Notes under the pieces: generated by a model
The model's input: only the letters and a program-made list of their open reading frames with translations
Told to the model about the DNA's origin: nothing
Database searches by the model: none
Translations under genes and position numbers: made by a program
Source of the DNA: Gemmatimonadota bacterium
Lineage (GTDB): Bacteria; Gemmatimonadota; Gemmatimonadetes; Gemmatimonadales; GWC2-71-9
Length of the DNA: 23,892 nt
Reading direction: 5' to 3'
NCBI GenBank assembly: GCA_003221005.1
Contig: QHTZ01000015.1
Span: 1 to 23,892 of the forward strand
In this document: positions 1 to 9,219 of the stretch, in pieces
Layout of the letters: each line of letters starts with the position of its first letter
How positions within the stretch are numbered: the stretch's first letter is position 1

Positions 1-71
1 GAGTCGAACTCTCACGGGGTTGCCCCCGGGGGATTTTGAGTCCCCTGCGTCTGCCATTCCGCCACTCGGGC
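1..71 (-). tRNA. tRNA-Leu(CAA), 3' end cut off by window edge
   Basis: Reverse complement reads GCCCGAGTGGCGGAATGGCAGACGCAGGGGACTCAAAATCCCCCGGGGGCAACCCCGTGAGAGTTCGACTC. It shows a D-arm, anticodon loop CTCAAAA (CAA), a long variable arm GGGG-CA(A)-CCCC and T-loop GTTCGA. Confidence 0.95.
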
Positions 72-80
72 GCGCCTGCC

Positions 81-103
81 GCGGAGCAACTTAGCTGCTC
101 CGC
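81..103. repeat. Perfect 8-bp inverted repeat between DUF2911 gene and tRNA
   Basis: GCGGAGCA-ACTTAGC-TGCTCCGC with no U-tract. It overlaps a minus-strand TAAGTT candidate -10 at 88-93. Confidence 0.55.
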
Positions 104-132
104 GCCCACGGTGGCACCGGCCGCTGCGTCGG

Positions 133-726
133 CTACTTCCCTGCCTTCACCGTGACCCGCACCCGCGTCCGTTCCCACTCGACCACGAGCGCCAGCGCGT
201 CCGCGCCCGCCGGCTCCAATCGCATCGTCAGCGTCTCGATCGGCGCGTCGGTTCGCTCGCTCGGCATCGTGACCGATCCGACGTCGTGCGCCCGCACCCC
301 GCCGTCGACCGGGATGCCCCACCGCTCTGCCGACTCGTTGAGAACGATTTGCCAACTGCTGGGACCAGGGATCGCGTACAGGGAGTAGACGCCGGGCTTC
401 AGGGCAACGTCACCGAACCGCGCCGCGACGGGGAGGTGAATCGTCGTTGCCTCGTTCGCTCCGAGTCGCCACGGCTCGCCGAACGGCACGAGCCCACCCA
501 TGATGGCGCGGCCGCGGGCGCTCGGGCGGCCGTAACACACCTTGACCTCGGCGCCGCCCAGGCGCGCGACGACAGAGTCGAGCGGGCTCGCGCGTGAGCT
601 GAGGCTCGCACGCGAGCCGCGGACCCAGCAGCCGGTGTCTAGCACAGCCATGGCGTGGCTGGGGTGATGCGATCCTGAGGGGCTCGCGAGCAGCGCGCCA
701 ACGAGCACGATGGCGAACGGTGTCAT
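133..726 (-). CDS. DUF2911 domain-containing exported protein (197 aa)
   Basis: ATG at 726 follows an AGGAG RBS. Hydrophobic signal peptide. Motifs RASP, YGRPSARGR, GGLVPFGEPWRLGANEAT, GVYSLYAIP and EWERTRV match DUF2911. Confidence 0.85.
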   Translation of the reverse strand: MTPFAIVLVGALLASPSGSHHPSHAMAVLDTGCWVRGSRASLSSRASPLDSVVARLGGAEVKVCYGRPSARGRAIMGGLVPFGEPWRLGANEATTIHLPVAARFGDVALKPGVYSLYAIPGPSSWQIVLNESAERWGIPVDGGVRAHDVGSVTMPSERTDAPIETLTMRLEPAGADALALVVEWERTRVRVTVKAGK

Positions 727-736
727 ATTCGTCTCC

Positions 737-973
737 TTACAGGGCTCGGCCCTGGAACTTGTCCGCGACCTTCTCAATCGCCCGAACCGCCCTGGTGCCC
801 AGCCACAGCAGGTATATCACCACGCCGAGCCAAATCACCGCGCCGATGACCCGTAACACGAAATGATGATGCATGAACCTGCCACCGCCTTCCACGCGGG
901 CGGTCGTGTCGGCCGGGCTGTGCCCCGCCGGCATCGGGACCGCGAGGATCAGCCGCTTCCCAATGAGTTGCAT
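737..973 (-). CDS. Small single-pass membrane protein (78 aa), hypothetical
   Basis: GAGGAGG RBS before ATG 973. One transmembrane segment (VIGAVIWLGVVIYLLWLG) is followed by the amphipathic RAVRAIEKVADK. It ends 10 bp before the DUF2911 start. Confidence 0.7.
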   Translation of the reverse strand: MQLIGKRLILAVPMPAGHSPADTTARVEGGGRFMHHHFVLRVIGAVIWLGVVIYLLWLGTRAVRAIEKVADKFQGRAL

Positions 974-1133
974 CAGTCCTCCTCGATTTCCACCGACCGT
1001 TTCATTGTGCGTCCTCGCACAGCGCTGCAACTTAGCGTCCCGCCGCTTCGGAGGCACCCCGGTCCCTGATCGTCTTGCCCTTGCAGGGACCGCCGCTACG
1101 TTCACCGCCATCGCTTTCTCGGGAGGACCTCCC

Positions 1134-1589
1134 ATGCGCCGTCTCATGCTGCTTTGCTTTGTCGCGCTGGTCGCGCACGCCGCCGTCGCGAGCGCCCAGA
1201 AGCCCGCCGCCCCCGCGGCTCCGGCCGCCCCCGCCCCCGCCGCCGGCCTTAAGGCGTCGGACGTCGCAGGCACCTGGGACGGGAAGACCATGATGGGCCC
1301 GAAGGACAGCGTCGTCGCAACCTGGGTAATGACCGTCGCCGCTGACGGCAAGAGCTGGACGATGACGCTGCCCAATCGCGCCCCGATCGCCGCCCGCATC
1401 GTGGCCATGGGCGGCGACAGCGTCGTTGCCGAGATGGGCCCGTATGAGAGCGTCGTGCGCCCCGGCCAGATGGTAACGACCCGGAGCACGGGTCACTTCA
1501 AGGGCGATGCCGTGACCGGGACGCTCGAGGGCCACTTCGCGTCGGGTGCTGTGCTTCCCGGGAAGTGGGTAGCGACGCGGCGGAAGTAG
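1134..1589 (+). CDS. Secreted hypothetical protein, likely small beta-barrel (151 aa)
   Basis: GGAGG RBS; signal peptide MRRLMLLCFVALVAHAAVASA-Q; Pro/Ala linker; DVAGTWDG motif; beta-strand pattern ending WVATRRK. Confidence 0.75.
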   Translation: MRRLMLLCFVALVAHAAVASAQKPAAPAAPAAPAPAAGLKASDVAGTWDGKTMMGPKDSVVATWVMTVAADGKSWTMTLPNRAPIAARIVAMGGDSVVAEMGPYESVVRPGQMVTTRSTGHFKGDAVTGTLEGHFASGAVLPGKWVATRRK

Positions 1590-1592
1590 GTT

Positions 1593-2117
1593 CTAGGGTC
1601 TCGGCCGCCTCCGCACCCCCGGCCGTGCGCCCCGCGGCGGCAGCAACTGCTGGCGTCGCTGCCGCCGCATCTCGCTGATCCGCTCCTGGAGCCGCTGCCG
1701 CATGATCTGGTAGCGGGCCCGCTGCACCGGCGATAGGTAGCCGGCGATCTCCTTGTCCTCATCCCGCTCGATCTGGGCGAGCGCCGCGCGGTTCTGGTCC
1801 CGCGCGTCCATGAGGCGACGCACGCTGTCGGCGTTGGCGGCGACGCCCGGTTGCAGCTGGCCCCGCAGCGCTTCCTGCACGCCGCGCTGGCGCCGCGCGA
1901 TGTCACGGCGCTGCGCTGCAAAGCGGTCCTCCGTCGCTTGCAACTTGGTGGCCTGGTCGGATGTGAGGCCGAGCTGGGTGCGGACCACCTGGTGCCAGCG
2001 CTGCCGGATGCGCTCGCGCAGCTGCTGCGTCTGCGCTGCTTCGCTCGTGTCGGGCGGATTCTGCGCCGCGAGCGGCCCCATCACCGCGCACACCAGTGCG
2101 AGAAGAATGTGCCTCAT
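1593..2117 (-). CDS. Periplasmic Spy/CpxP-like helical protein (174 aa)
   Basis: Signal peptide ending LAA-Q; LGLTSDQ and LSPVQ motifs (LTxxQ-like); TGATG overlap with the upstream gene. Confidence 0.7.
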   Translation of the reverse strand: MRHILLALVCAVMGPLAAQNPPDTSEAAQTQQLRERIRQRWHQVVRTQLGLTSDQATKLQATEDRFAAQRRDIARRQRGVQEALRGQLQPGVAANADSVRRLMDARDQNRAALAQIERDEDKEIAGYLSPVQRARYQIMRQRLQERISEMRRQRRQQLLPPRGARPGVRRRPRP

Positions 2118-2539
2118 CACCCCTCCAGGGAGCGCAGCAAGCTGCGCAGCTCCGGCGCCGACAGATCTTCCCAGTCCGTGTCGGCACTGCCTGGTGCGTC
2201 CTCCCACGACTGATCGAACGTGCTCAGGACCTCGCGGAGCTGGTCGGGCGACAGGTCGTTCAGGTCCACGCCGGCTGGCGCCCCGATGCCGCGTGCGGGC
2301 CTCGCATGCTGGCGCACGTTGCGCAACACCGCGCTCGTCCCGAGTAACAGCACGGCGGCCGCGGCGAGCGACAGCCACACCGGGCGCCGCCGGGTCCAAT
2401 GCACGGTGCGTGGCGTCTGCCGCAGCCGCTCGAGCACCGCCTGCGCCGCGGCCTCGACGTCCAGCCGCTCCGCCGCCCGCGCCCCTAGTCCCTGGGCGAT
2501 CGCCCGCAGCTCGGCGTCCTGCAAGTCGTCTCGGTTCAC
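2117..2539 (-). CDS. Putative single-TM anti-sigma factor (140 aa)
   Basis: GTG start overlaps the sigma stop (GTGA). Short cytoplasmic N-terminus, TM WLSLAAAAVLLLG and acidic C-terminus. Lies directly after the ECF sigma. Confidence 0.7.
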   Translation of the reverse strand: MNRDDLQDAELRAIAQGLGARAAERLDVEAAAQAVLERLRQTPRTVHWTRRRPVWLSLAAAAVLLLGTSAVLRNVRQHARPARGIGAPAGVDLNDLSPDQLREVLSTFDQSWEDAPGSADTDWEDLSAPELRSLLRSLEG

Positions 2540-3093
2540 TTCAAGTGCTCCTTCAGGCGCTTGGCGGCATGGTGATAATGGACCCGCGCCGCTCCCGGCG
2601 ACGTGCCGAGCGCTGCGGCGATGTCGTCGTATTCCATCCCCTGCTGGGCCCGCAGCAGGAACACCTCGCGCTGCATCCGCGGCAGCTGCTCGAGACCCTG
2701 CTGCAGCCGCGCCTCCAGCTCCACCGCAACCGTGCGCTCGTGCGGATCTCCGTCCGTCGCGCGCAACCCGTCGTCGAGCGGCACGACGAGCGCGCGCTTC
2801 GCCCGCCGTGAAGCGTCCTTCAGCACGTTGCCGCCGATGGTGAGCAACCAGGTACGGAACTGGCACTGGTTGCGGAACCGGTCCACGGCGCGGAACGCAC
2901 GAATGAAAGTCTCCTGCACTAGGTCGTCCACGTCGGCGTCGCGTGCGCCCGCGCTCGCGAGAAAGCGGGCGAGCGCGCGGGCGTGGCGGCGCACCAGTTC
3001 GGCCGCCGCCTGCTCGTCGCCGCTCCGCCACGCGGCGATCAGTGCCGCATCAGGAGACGAGGCGGCGGCGGCGACGGCGTCCGCTCGGGCCAT
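2536..3093 (-). CDS. ECF-family RNA polymerase sigma factor (about 185 aa)
   Basis: Region 2 (DDLVQETFIRAF...FRTWLLTI) and region 4 (LPRMQREVFLLR..GMEYDDIAAALG..GAARVHYHHA). Start at ATG 3093 is uncertain. Confidence 0.9.
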   Translation of the reverse strand: MARADAVAAAASSPDAALIAAWRSGDEQAAAELVRRHARALARFLASAGARDADVDDLVQETFIRAFRAVDRFRNQCQFRTWLLTIGGNVLKDASRRAKRALVVPLDDGLRATDGDPHERTVAVELEARLQQGLEQLPRMQREVFLLRAQQGMEYDDIAAALGTSPGAARVHYHHAAKRLKEHLK

Positions 3094-3134
3094 GTGCGTC
3101 GGTACGGTGGACGTGGGAGTGGCGTCAATATTAA

Positions 3135-3221
3135 GGCGGCAGGGGCGGCAGAGGCGGCAAGAGGGCGGCATTAGCCTGGGGGAGCGTGCCGCCTTTGCTG
3201 CCCTTGCCGCCCGGTGCCGCC
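3135..3221. repeat. 4+4 inverted tandem repeat (GGCGGCA x4 ... TGCCGCC x4), about 9-11 bp period
   Basis: GGCGGCA at 3135, 3144, 3153, 3164; TGCCGCC/TGCTGCC at 3187, 3196, 3205, 3215. Confidence 0.9.
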
Positions 3222-3232
3222 CATCGTAAGTT
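3204..3232 (+). promoter_or_regulatory. Candidate sigma70 promoter of the TetR/box operon
   Basis: TTGCCG (3204-3209), 17 bp spacer, TAAGTT (3227-3232). Confidence 0.6.
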
Positions 3233-3236
3233 GCGG

Positions 3237-3254
3237 TTCGAACATCCGTTCGAA
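3237..3254. promoter_or_regulatory. Candidate TetR (PaaR-type) operator
   Basis: Perfect palindrome TTCGAAC-ATCC-GTTCGAA overlapping the predicted start site, 5 bp before the TetR ATG. Confidence 0.7.
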
Positions 3255-3259
3255 AACCC

Positions 3260-3856
3260 ATGCGCCCCTACGACGAACGCCTCGATCACCTCCTCGCCCA
3301 GGCCGCCCGGGTGTTCGCCGACAAAGGCTACCACTCGACCACCATGCGCGACCTCGCCGCCGCGAGCGGGATGTCCCTCGCCGGGATGTACTACTACGTA
3401 CGCGGCAAGGAAGAGCTGCTGGCGAAGATCCAGGAGCGCTGCTTCACACGGGTGCTCGAGGGCGCGGAGCGGGCGGTCGCGGCCCGGACCGGCGACCCGG
3501 TGGAGCGGCTGCAGGCGTTCATTCGGCACCACGTCACCTTCTTCGCCGCGCATATGCCGGAGATGAAGGTGCTGTCGCACGAAGCCGCGTCGCCCACGGG
3601 GGAGCGGCTGCGCCGCATCGCCACCATCAAGCGCCGCTATGTCGACCTGCTGGAGGGCCTGCTGCGCGAGGCGGCGCCCGACGAGACGCCGGTGGATCGG
3701 AGCGCGGCGGCCTACATCCTCTTCGGCATGATGAACTGGATCTACAACTGGTACCACCCCGCGGGGGAGATCGACCCGGAGCGCCTCGGCGCGCTGATCG
3801 CCCGCATCTTCCTCGGCGGCTTCGTCGAGGCGCGATCCCCGGTACATGGAGGCTGA
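3260..3856 (+). CDS. TetR/AcrR family regulator (PaaR/KstR2-like)
   Basis: HTH AARVFADKGYHSTTMRDLAAASGMSLAGMYYY..GKEELL; C-terminal FGMMNWIYNWY, typical of acyl-CoA-sensing TetRs. Confidence 0.92.
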   Translation: MRPYDERLDHLLAQAARVFADKGYHSTTMRDLAAASGMSLAGMYYYVRGKEELLAKIQERCFTRVLEGAERAVAARTGDPVERLQAFIRHHVTFFAAHMPEMKVLSHEAASPTGERLRRIATIKRRYVDLLEGLLREAAPDETPVDRSAAAYILFGMMNWIYNWYHPAGEIDPERLGALIARIFLGGFVEARSPVHGG

Positions 3857-3862
3857 TGTCTC

Positions 3863-4678
3863 ATGGCGACCCTGACCGAACCCAAGGCCGAACGCAGGAC
3901 GCTGGTGCATTACATGGTCGAAGGCGGTGTCGCGATCCTCGAGCTCGACGATCCCCCCGCCAACACGTACACCTACGAGATGATGCGCCAGCTGGACGAG
4001 GCGATCCTCCAGGCGCGCTTCGATGACAACGCGCACGTCCTGATGGTGCGCGGGCATGGTGAGAAATTCTTCTCCGCGGGCGCGAACATCGCCTATCTCA
4101 ACAGCATCACGCCACGCTACAAGTACTTCTTCTGCCTGCACGCGAACGAGACACTGAACCGCCTCGAGCAGACCCCCAAGCTGACGATCGCGGCGCTGAA
4201 CGGGCACACCGTGGGGGGCGGGCTCGAGATCGCTATGGCGTGCGACATCCGGCTCGCGAAGGAGAACGCCGGGAAGATCGGACTCCCCGAGGTGAACCTG
4301 GGCGTGCTCCCGGGCACCGGCGGCACGCAGCGGCTCGCGCGCATCATCGGGAAGCCCCGGGCGATCGAAATGATGGCGAAGGGGGAGACGTTCTCGTTCG
4401 ACAAGGCGAAGGAGCTGGGCATCGTGAACGAGGTGTTCCCGGCCGACGACTACTGGGACCAGATCATGCTCTACGCGAAACAGTTCTGCCCGCCGCACAA
4501 GGCGGCGAAGGCGGTGGGACTGATCAAGCGCGCGGTCCAGTCGGGCGCCGAGGTGCCGTTCGAGTCGGGTCTCGCGCTCGAGCGCGAGCTGCAGCAGCAG
4601 CTGTTCCAGAGCGACGACGCGAAGGAAGGGATCGCAGCATACGTCGAGAAGCGGGTGGCGGAGTTCAAGGGGAAGTGA
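3863..4678 (+). CDS. Crotonase-family protein resembling the catalytic domain of BoxC
   Basis: FFSAGANI, KYFFCLHANETLN, GGGLEIAMACD and LPEVNLGVLPGTGG. Both crotonase Glu residues are present. GGAGG RBS. Confidence 0.85.
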   Translation: MATLTEPKAERRTLVHYMVEGGVAILELDDPPANTYTYEMMRQLDEAILQARFDDNAHVLMVRGHGEKFFSAGANIAYLNSITPRYKYFFCLHANETLNRLEQTPKLTIAALNGHTVGGGLEIAMACDIRLAKENAGKIGLPEVNLGVLPGTGGTQRLARIIGKPRAIEMMAKGETFSFDKAKELGIVNEVFPADDYWDQIMLYAKQFCPPHKAAKAVGLIKRAVQSGAEVPFESGLALERELQQQLFQSDDAKEGIAAYVEKRVAEFKGK

Positions 4679-6102
4679 GAACCGATCTGCTGATCGGCGG
4701 GGAGTGGCGGGCGGGCGCCCGGCGCTATTGCCTGACGAACCCCGCCACCGAAGAGACGCTCGCCGAGGTGGGCGAGGCGGGCGAAGCGGAGATCGACGCG
4801 GCGGTGCGGGCAGCGCGCGCCTGCTTCGAGGCAAAGGAATGGCGCGAGCTGTCGGCGCGCCGGCGCGGTGCCCTGCTCTTCCGGCTCGCGGACCTGCTCG
4901 AGGAGCGATCTCAGGAGATCGCCGAAGTCGAGACCCGGAACAACGGCAAGCCGCTGTTCGAGTCGAAGATCGACGTCGCGATGGCGGTCGAAACCTTCCG
5001 GTACTACGGCGGCTGGGCCGACAAGCTCACGGGCGACACGCTCCCGGTGAGCGGCAACTTCTTCACCTACACGCTGCGCGAGCCCGTGGGCGTGGTGGGC
5101 GCGATCGTGCCGTGGAACTTCCCATTGAACCTCGCCGCGTGGAAGGTCGCGCCGGCGCTCGCCGCGGGATGCACCGTGGTGCTGAAACCGGCGCATGAGA
5201 CACCTCTCACCGCGCTGCTCCTGGGTGAGCTCGCGCTCGCGGCGGGCTTCCCCGCAGGTGCCCTCAATGTGGTTCCCGGCCCGGGCCCTACGGCCGGCGC
5301 CGCCCTGGTGCGCCATCCCCTCGTGGACAAGATCGCGTTCACCGGGTCCACCGAGGTGGGCCAGTGGATCATGCGGGAGGCCGCCGGCACGCTCAAGCGC
5401 GTCACCTTGGAGCTCGGCGGTAAGAGCCCCAACATCATCTTCGCCGACGCGGATCTCGCGGCCGCCGTGCGCGGCGCGCAGAGCGGGATCTTCTACGGTA
5501 AGGGCGAGGTGTGCGCTGCGGGGTCGCGCCTCCTCGTCGAGCAGTCGGTTCACGACCAGGTGGTGAGTGAGCTCGCCCAGCGTGCGAAGAAGCTTGTCCC
5601 GGGCGATCCTTTCGACAAGAACACCCGTCTCGGCGCCATCGTGTCGAAACAGCAGCAGGAGAAGGTGCTCTCCTACATCGCCGCCGGGGAGCAGGCAGGG
5701 GCGCGCCTAGTGGCTGGAGGGAAGGCCGCGAAGGTGAACGGCAAGGGCTACTTCGTCGAGGCCACCGTGTTCGACGGGGCGCAGCCGGGGATGAAGATCG
5801 TGGACGAGGAGATCTTCGGCCCGGTCCTGTCCGTGCTCACGTTCGCGGGCGAGGAGGAAGGCATCGAGCTCGCCAATCGCTCGATGTACGGGCTTGCGGC
5901 CGGCATCTGGACGAAGGACGTCCAGAGGGCGCACCGCGTAGCGCGTGCCATCAAGGCGGGGACGGTATGGGTGAACACCTACAATTTCTACGACCCGGCG
6001 GCGCCGTTCGGCGGTTACAAGTTCTCGGGGTTCGGGCGGGATCTGGGGAAAGAGGCGCTGAAGAACTATACGGAAGTGAAGACGGTGTGGGTCGGGCTAT
6101 GA
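4675..6102 (+). CDS. NAD(P)-dependent aldehyde dehydrogenase (BoxD-like by context; 475 aa)
   Basis: PWNFP, FTGSTEVG, LELGGKSP, GEVCAAGSR, EEIFGPV, PFGGYK; GTG start overlapping the upstream TGA. Confidence 0.93.
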   Translation: MRTDLLIGGEWRAGARRYCLTNPATEETLAEVGEAGEAEIDAAVRAARACFEAKEWRELSARRRGALLFRLADLLEERSQEIAEVETRNNGKPLFESKIDVAMAVETFRYYGGWADKLTGDTLPVSGNFFTYTLREPVGVVGAIVPWNFPLNLAAWKVAPALAAGCTVVLKPAHETPLTALLLGELALAAGFPAGALNVVPGPGPTAGAALVRHPLVDKIAFTGSTEVGQWIMREAAGTLKRVTLELGGKSPNIIFADADLAAAVRGAQSGIFYGKGEVCAAGSRLLVEQSVHDQVVSELAQRAKKLVPGDPFDKNTRLGAIVSKQQQEKVLSYIAAGEQAGARLVAGGKAAKVNGKGYFVEATVFDGAQPGMKIVDEEIFGPVLSVLTFAGEEEGIELANRSMYGLAAGIWTKDVQRAHRVARAIKAGTVWVNTYNFYDPAAPFGGYKFSGFGRDLGKEALKNYTEVKTVWVGL

Positions 6103-6105
6103 CTG

Positions 6106-6133
6106 GATGCGGGATGCGGGATGCGAGATGCGG
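6106..6133 (+). repeat. 4 x 7-bp tandem repeat GATGCG(G/A)
   Basis: Units at 6106, 6113, 6120 and 6127, between the ALDH stop and the thiolase start. Confidence 0.9.
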
Positions 6134-6136
6134 TCC

Positions 6137-7329
<1,193 letters not shown>

Positions 7330-7330
<1 letters not shown>

Positions 7331-8085
7331 TGGCCGCCTATGAGCGGGTGCTGATCGCGATGGAGAACGGCGTCGCCACGGTGACGCTGAACCGTCCCGA
7401 GAAGCTCAACGCCTTCGACCGCGACTCGTGCGCGGAGCTGCTCGAGGGCCTGCGGATGGTGGCGCGGTCGGAAGCGGTGCGCGTGATCGTGCTCACGGGC
7501 GCCGGGCGCGGGTTCTGCGCCGGCGCCGACCTCAGCGTGCTGGCGGAAGATGGCGCGGCGCTCGTGGCGGCGGGGCGCGACATCGCGCTCACCATCCGCC
7601 ACGCACCGCAGCCCGTAATCGCGTCCGTGAACGGGCCGGCGGCGGGGGGCGGCGCGAACCTCGCGCTCGCGTGCGACTACCGCATCGCATCGGAGCGCGC
7701 ATCGATCGGCCAGGTGTTTCACAAGCTGGGCCTCGCTCCCGATTGGGGCGGCAGCTTCTTCCTGCCACGCTTGGTGGGTACGGGCCGGGCGCTCGAGCTG
7801 GTATGGAGCGCCCGCATGGTGGACGCGAGCGAAGCCGCGCGCCTCGGCCTGTTCGATCGTGTCGTGTCCCACGAGACGCTGCAGCAGGAGACGCGGCGGC
7901 TCGCCGAGCTGTGGGCGGGCCAGCCGCCCCTGGCCGTGCGGAGCGCCAAGGAAGCCGTCTACCGGAGCGGCGAGAGCTCGCTCGCGGCCACGCTCGATCT
8001 CGAGATCGCGCTGCAGCAGCAGCTCTTTGCCAGCGCCGACGCGCGGGCGCGCATCGGCGCGGCGCGCGAGCAGAGGAGTCACTGA
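7330..8085 (+). CDS. Enoyl-CoA hydratase/isomerase, PaaG-like (251 aa)
   Basis: TLNRPEKLNA, FCAGADL, GGGANLALACD, GLAPDWGGSFFLPRLVG. Has the Asp-type site and lacks the two Glu residues. TGATG overlap. Confidence 0.85.
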
Positions 8086-9218
8086 TGGTACGGAAACTGG
8101 GCAACTTCGACGACTGGATCGACTATTTCCGCTACTGGCAGGAGTCGATCGGCCTGCCTCAGGGCGAGCTGCGGGACTTCAAGTTCGAGGCCCAGTTCGG
8201 GGACCAGGACGTCCCCATCATCGAGTTCGGGCATTATAAAGGCCAGCGCAAGTGGCCGACCGTGATGCACATCCCCGACCAACGCATCCGCGACGCCCTG
8301 CTCAACCTGATCGTGTACCAGGGCGATACGGAGTTCGCCTCGGTGGAGCAGCAGCGCAGCCTGCTCACGCATGCGCCCTCCGATTACGACCTGCTGGCGC
8401 TCCAGCGCGTGATGACCGAGGAGATGCGGCACGGGTGGCAGATGTCGTACCTCTTGTGCACGCACTTCGGGGACGAGGGCAGGCGCGAAGCGGCGAAACT
8501 GCTCGAGCGCCGTGCCGACGAAGGGGAGCGCCTGCTCGGCTCGTTCAACGAGCTGGTGGACAACTGGCTCGACTTCTTCACCTACACCCAGTTCATCGAC
8601 CGCGACGGCAAGTTCCAGCTCACCATGCTCTCCGTGTCGGGGTTCGATCCGCTGTCCCGCTCGATGACCCCGATGCTCAAGGAGGAGTCGTTCCACCTGG
8701 GCACGGGGAACAACGGCCTGTTGCGGATCGCGAAGGCGGGGAAGATGCCGCCCGAGCTGATCCAGAAGTTCTTCTACAAGTGGATCCCGACGGCGTTCGA
8801 CCTGTTCGGCACCGACAACTCGTCGTCCGCCCACTGGGCGTACGTGTGGGGGCTCAAGGGGCGCTACGACGAGCGGGACAATCAGGTGGAGCCCGACAAG
8901 GCAAAGCTCAACGAATACAGCCGCGAGCTGTACCGTCAGGAGATCTCGAAGCTCGTCGAGCGGCTCAACATGTTTATCCCCGAGCGCGAGCGGCAGCTCA
9001 AGGTCCCCGTGACGCAGTTCAACCGCAAGATCGGCGTCTACGCCCACCAGCGGTACACGGTGGACGGAGAGCCGGTCGACGATCCGGCGAAGTACCAGGC
9101 GTACCTGGCCACGGTGCTGCCCCAGGCCGCGGACTATCAGCGGGTGCACGACATCGAGAAGGAGCCGGACTGGATCGAGCCGAAGAAGGCCGACAGCCTG
9201 CTCAAGCCATCGGCGTGA
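8085..9218 (+). CDS. boxB: BoxB-like diiron aromatic-CoA epoxidase, short form (377 aa)
   Basis: QGDTEFASVEQQ, APSDYD, EEMRH, DRDGKFQL, SGFDPLSR and EESFH follow the BoxB motif order, with two ExxH diiron motifs. GAGGAG RBS and TGATG overlap. Substrate is unproven. Confidence 0.82.
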   Translation: MVRKLGNFDDWIDYFRYWQESIGLPQGELRDFKFEAQFGDQDVPIIEFGHYKGQRKWPTVMHIPDQRIRDALLNLIVYQGDTEFASVEQQRSLLTHAPSDYDLLALQRVMTEEMRHGWQMSYLLCTHFGDEGRREAAKLLERRADEGERLLGSFNELVDNWLDFFTYTQFIDRDGKFQLTMLSVSGFDPLSRSMTPMLKEESFHLGTGNNGLLRIAKAGKMPPELIQKFFYKWIPTAFDLFGTDNSSSAHWAYVWGLKGRYDERDNQVEPDKAKLNEYSRELYRQEISKLVERLNMFIPERERQLKVPVTQFNRKIGVYAHQRYTVDGEPVDDPAKYQAYLATVLPQAADYQRVHDIEKEPDWIEPKKADSLLKPSA

Positions 9219-9219
9219 T

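Noticed and set aside
1201-1248. C-rich repeat encoding PAAPAAPAAPAPAAG
   Set aside because: In-frame low-complexity linker after a signal peptide; ordinary.
1-1589. tRNA-anchored genomic island
   Set aside because: These genes lie on the 5' side of the tRNA; no integrase, att repeat or obvious composition shift is visible.
8085-9218. Calling the cluster a phenylacetate (paaABCE) operon
   Set aside because: There is only one diiron subunit, it has BoxB-type motifs, and paaB, paaC, paaE, paaZ and paaK are absent.
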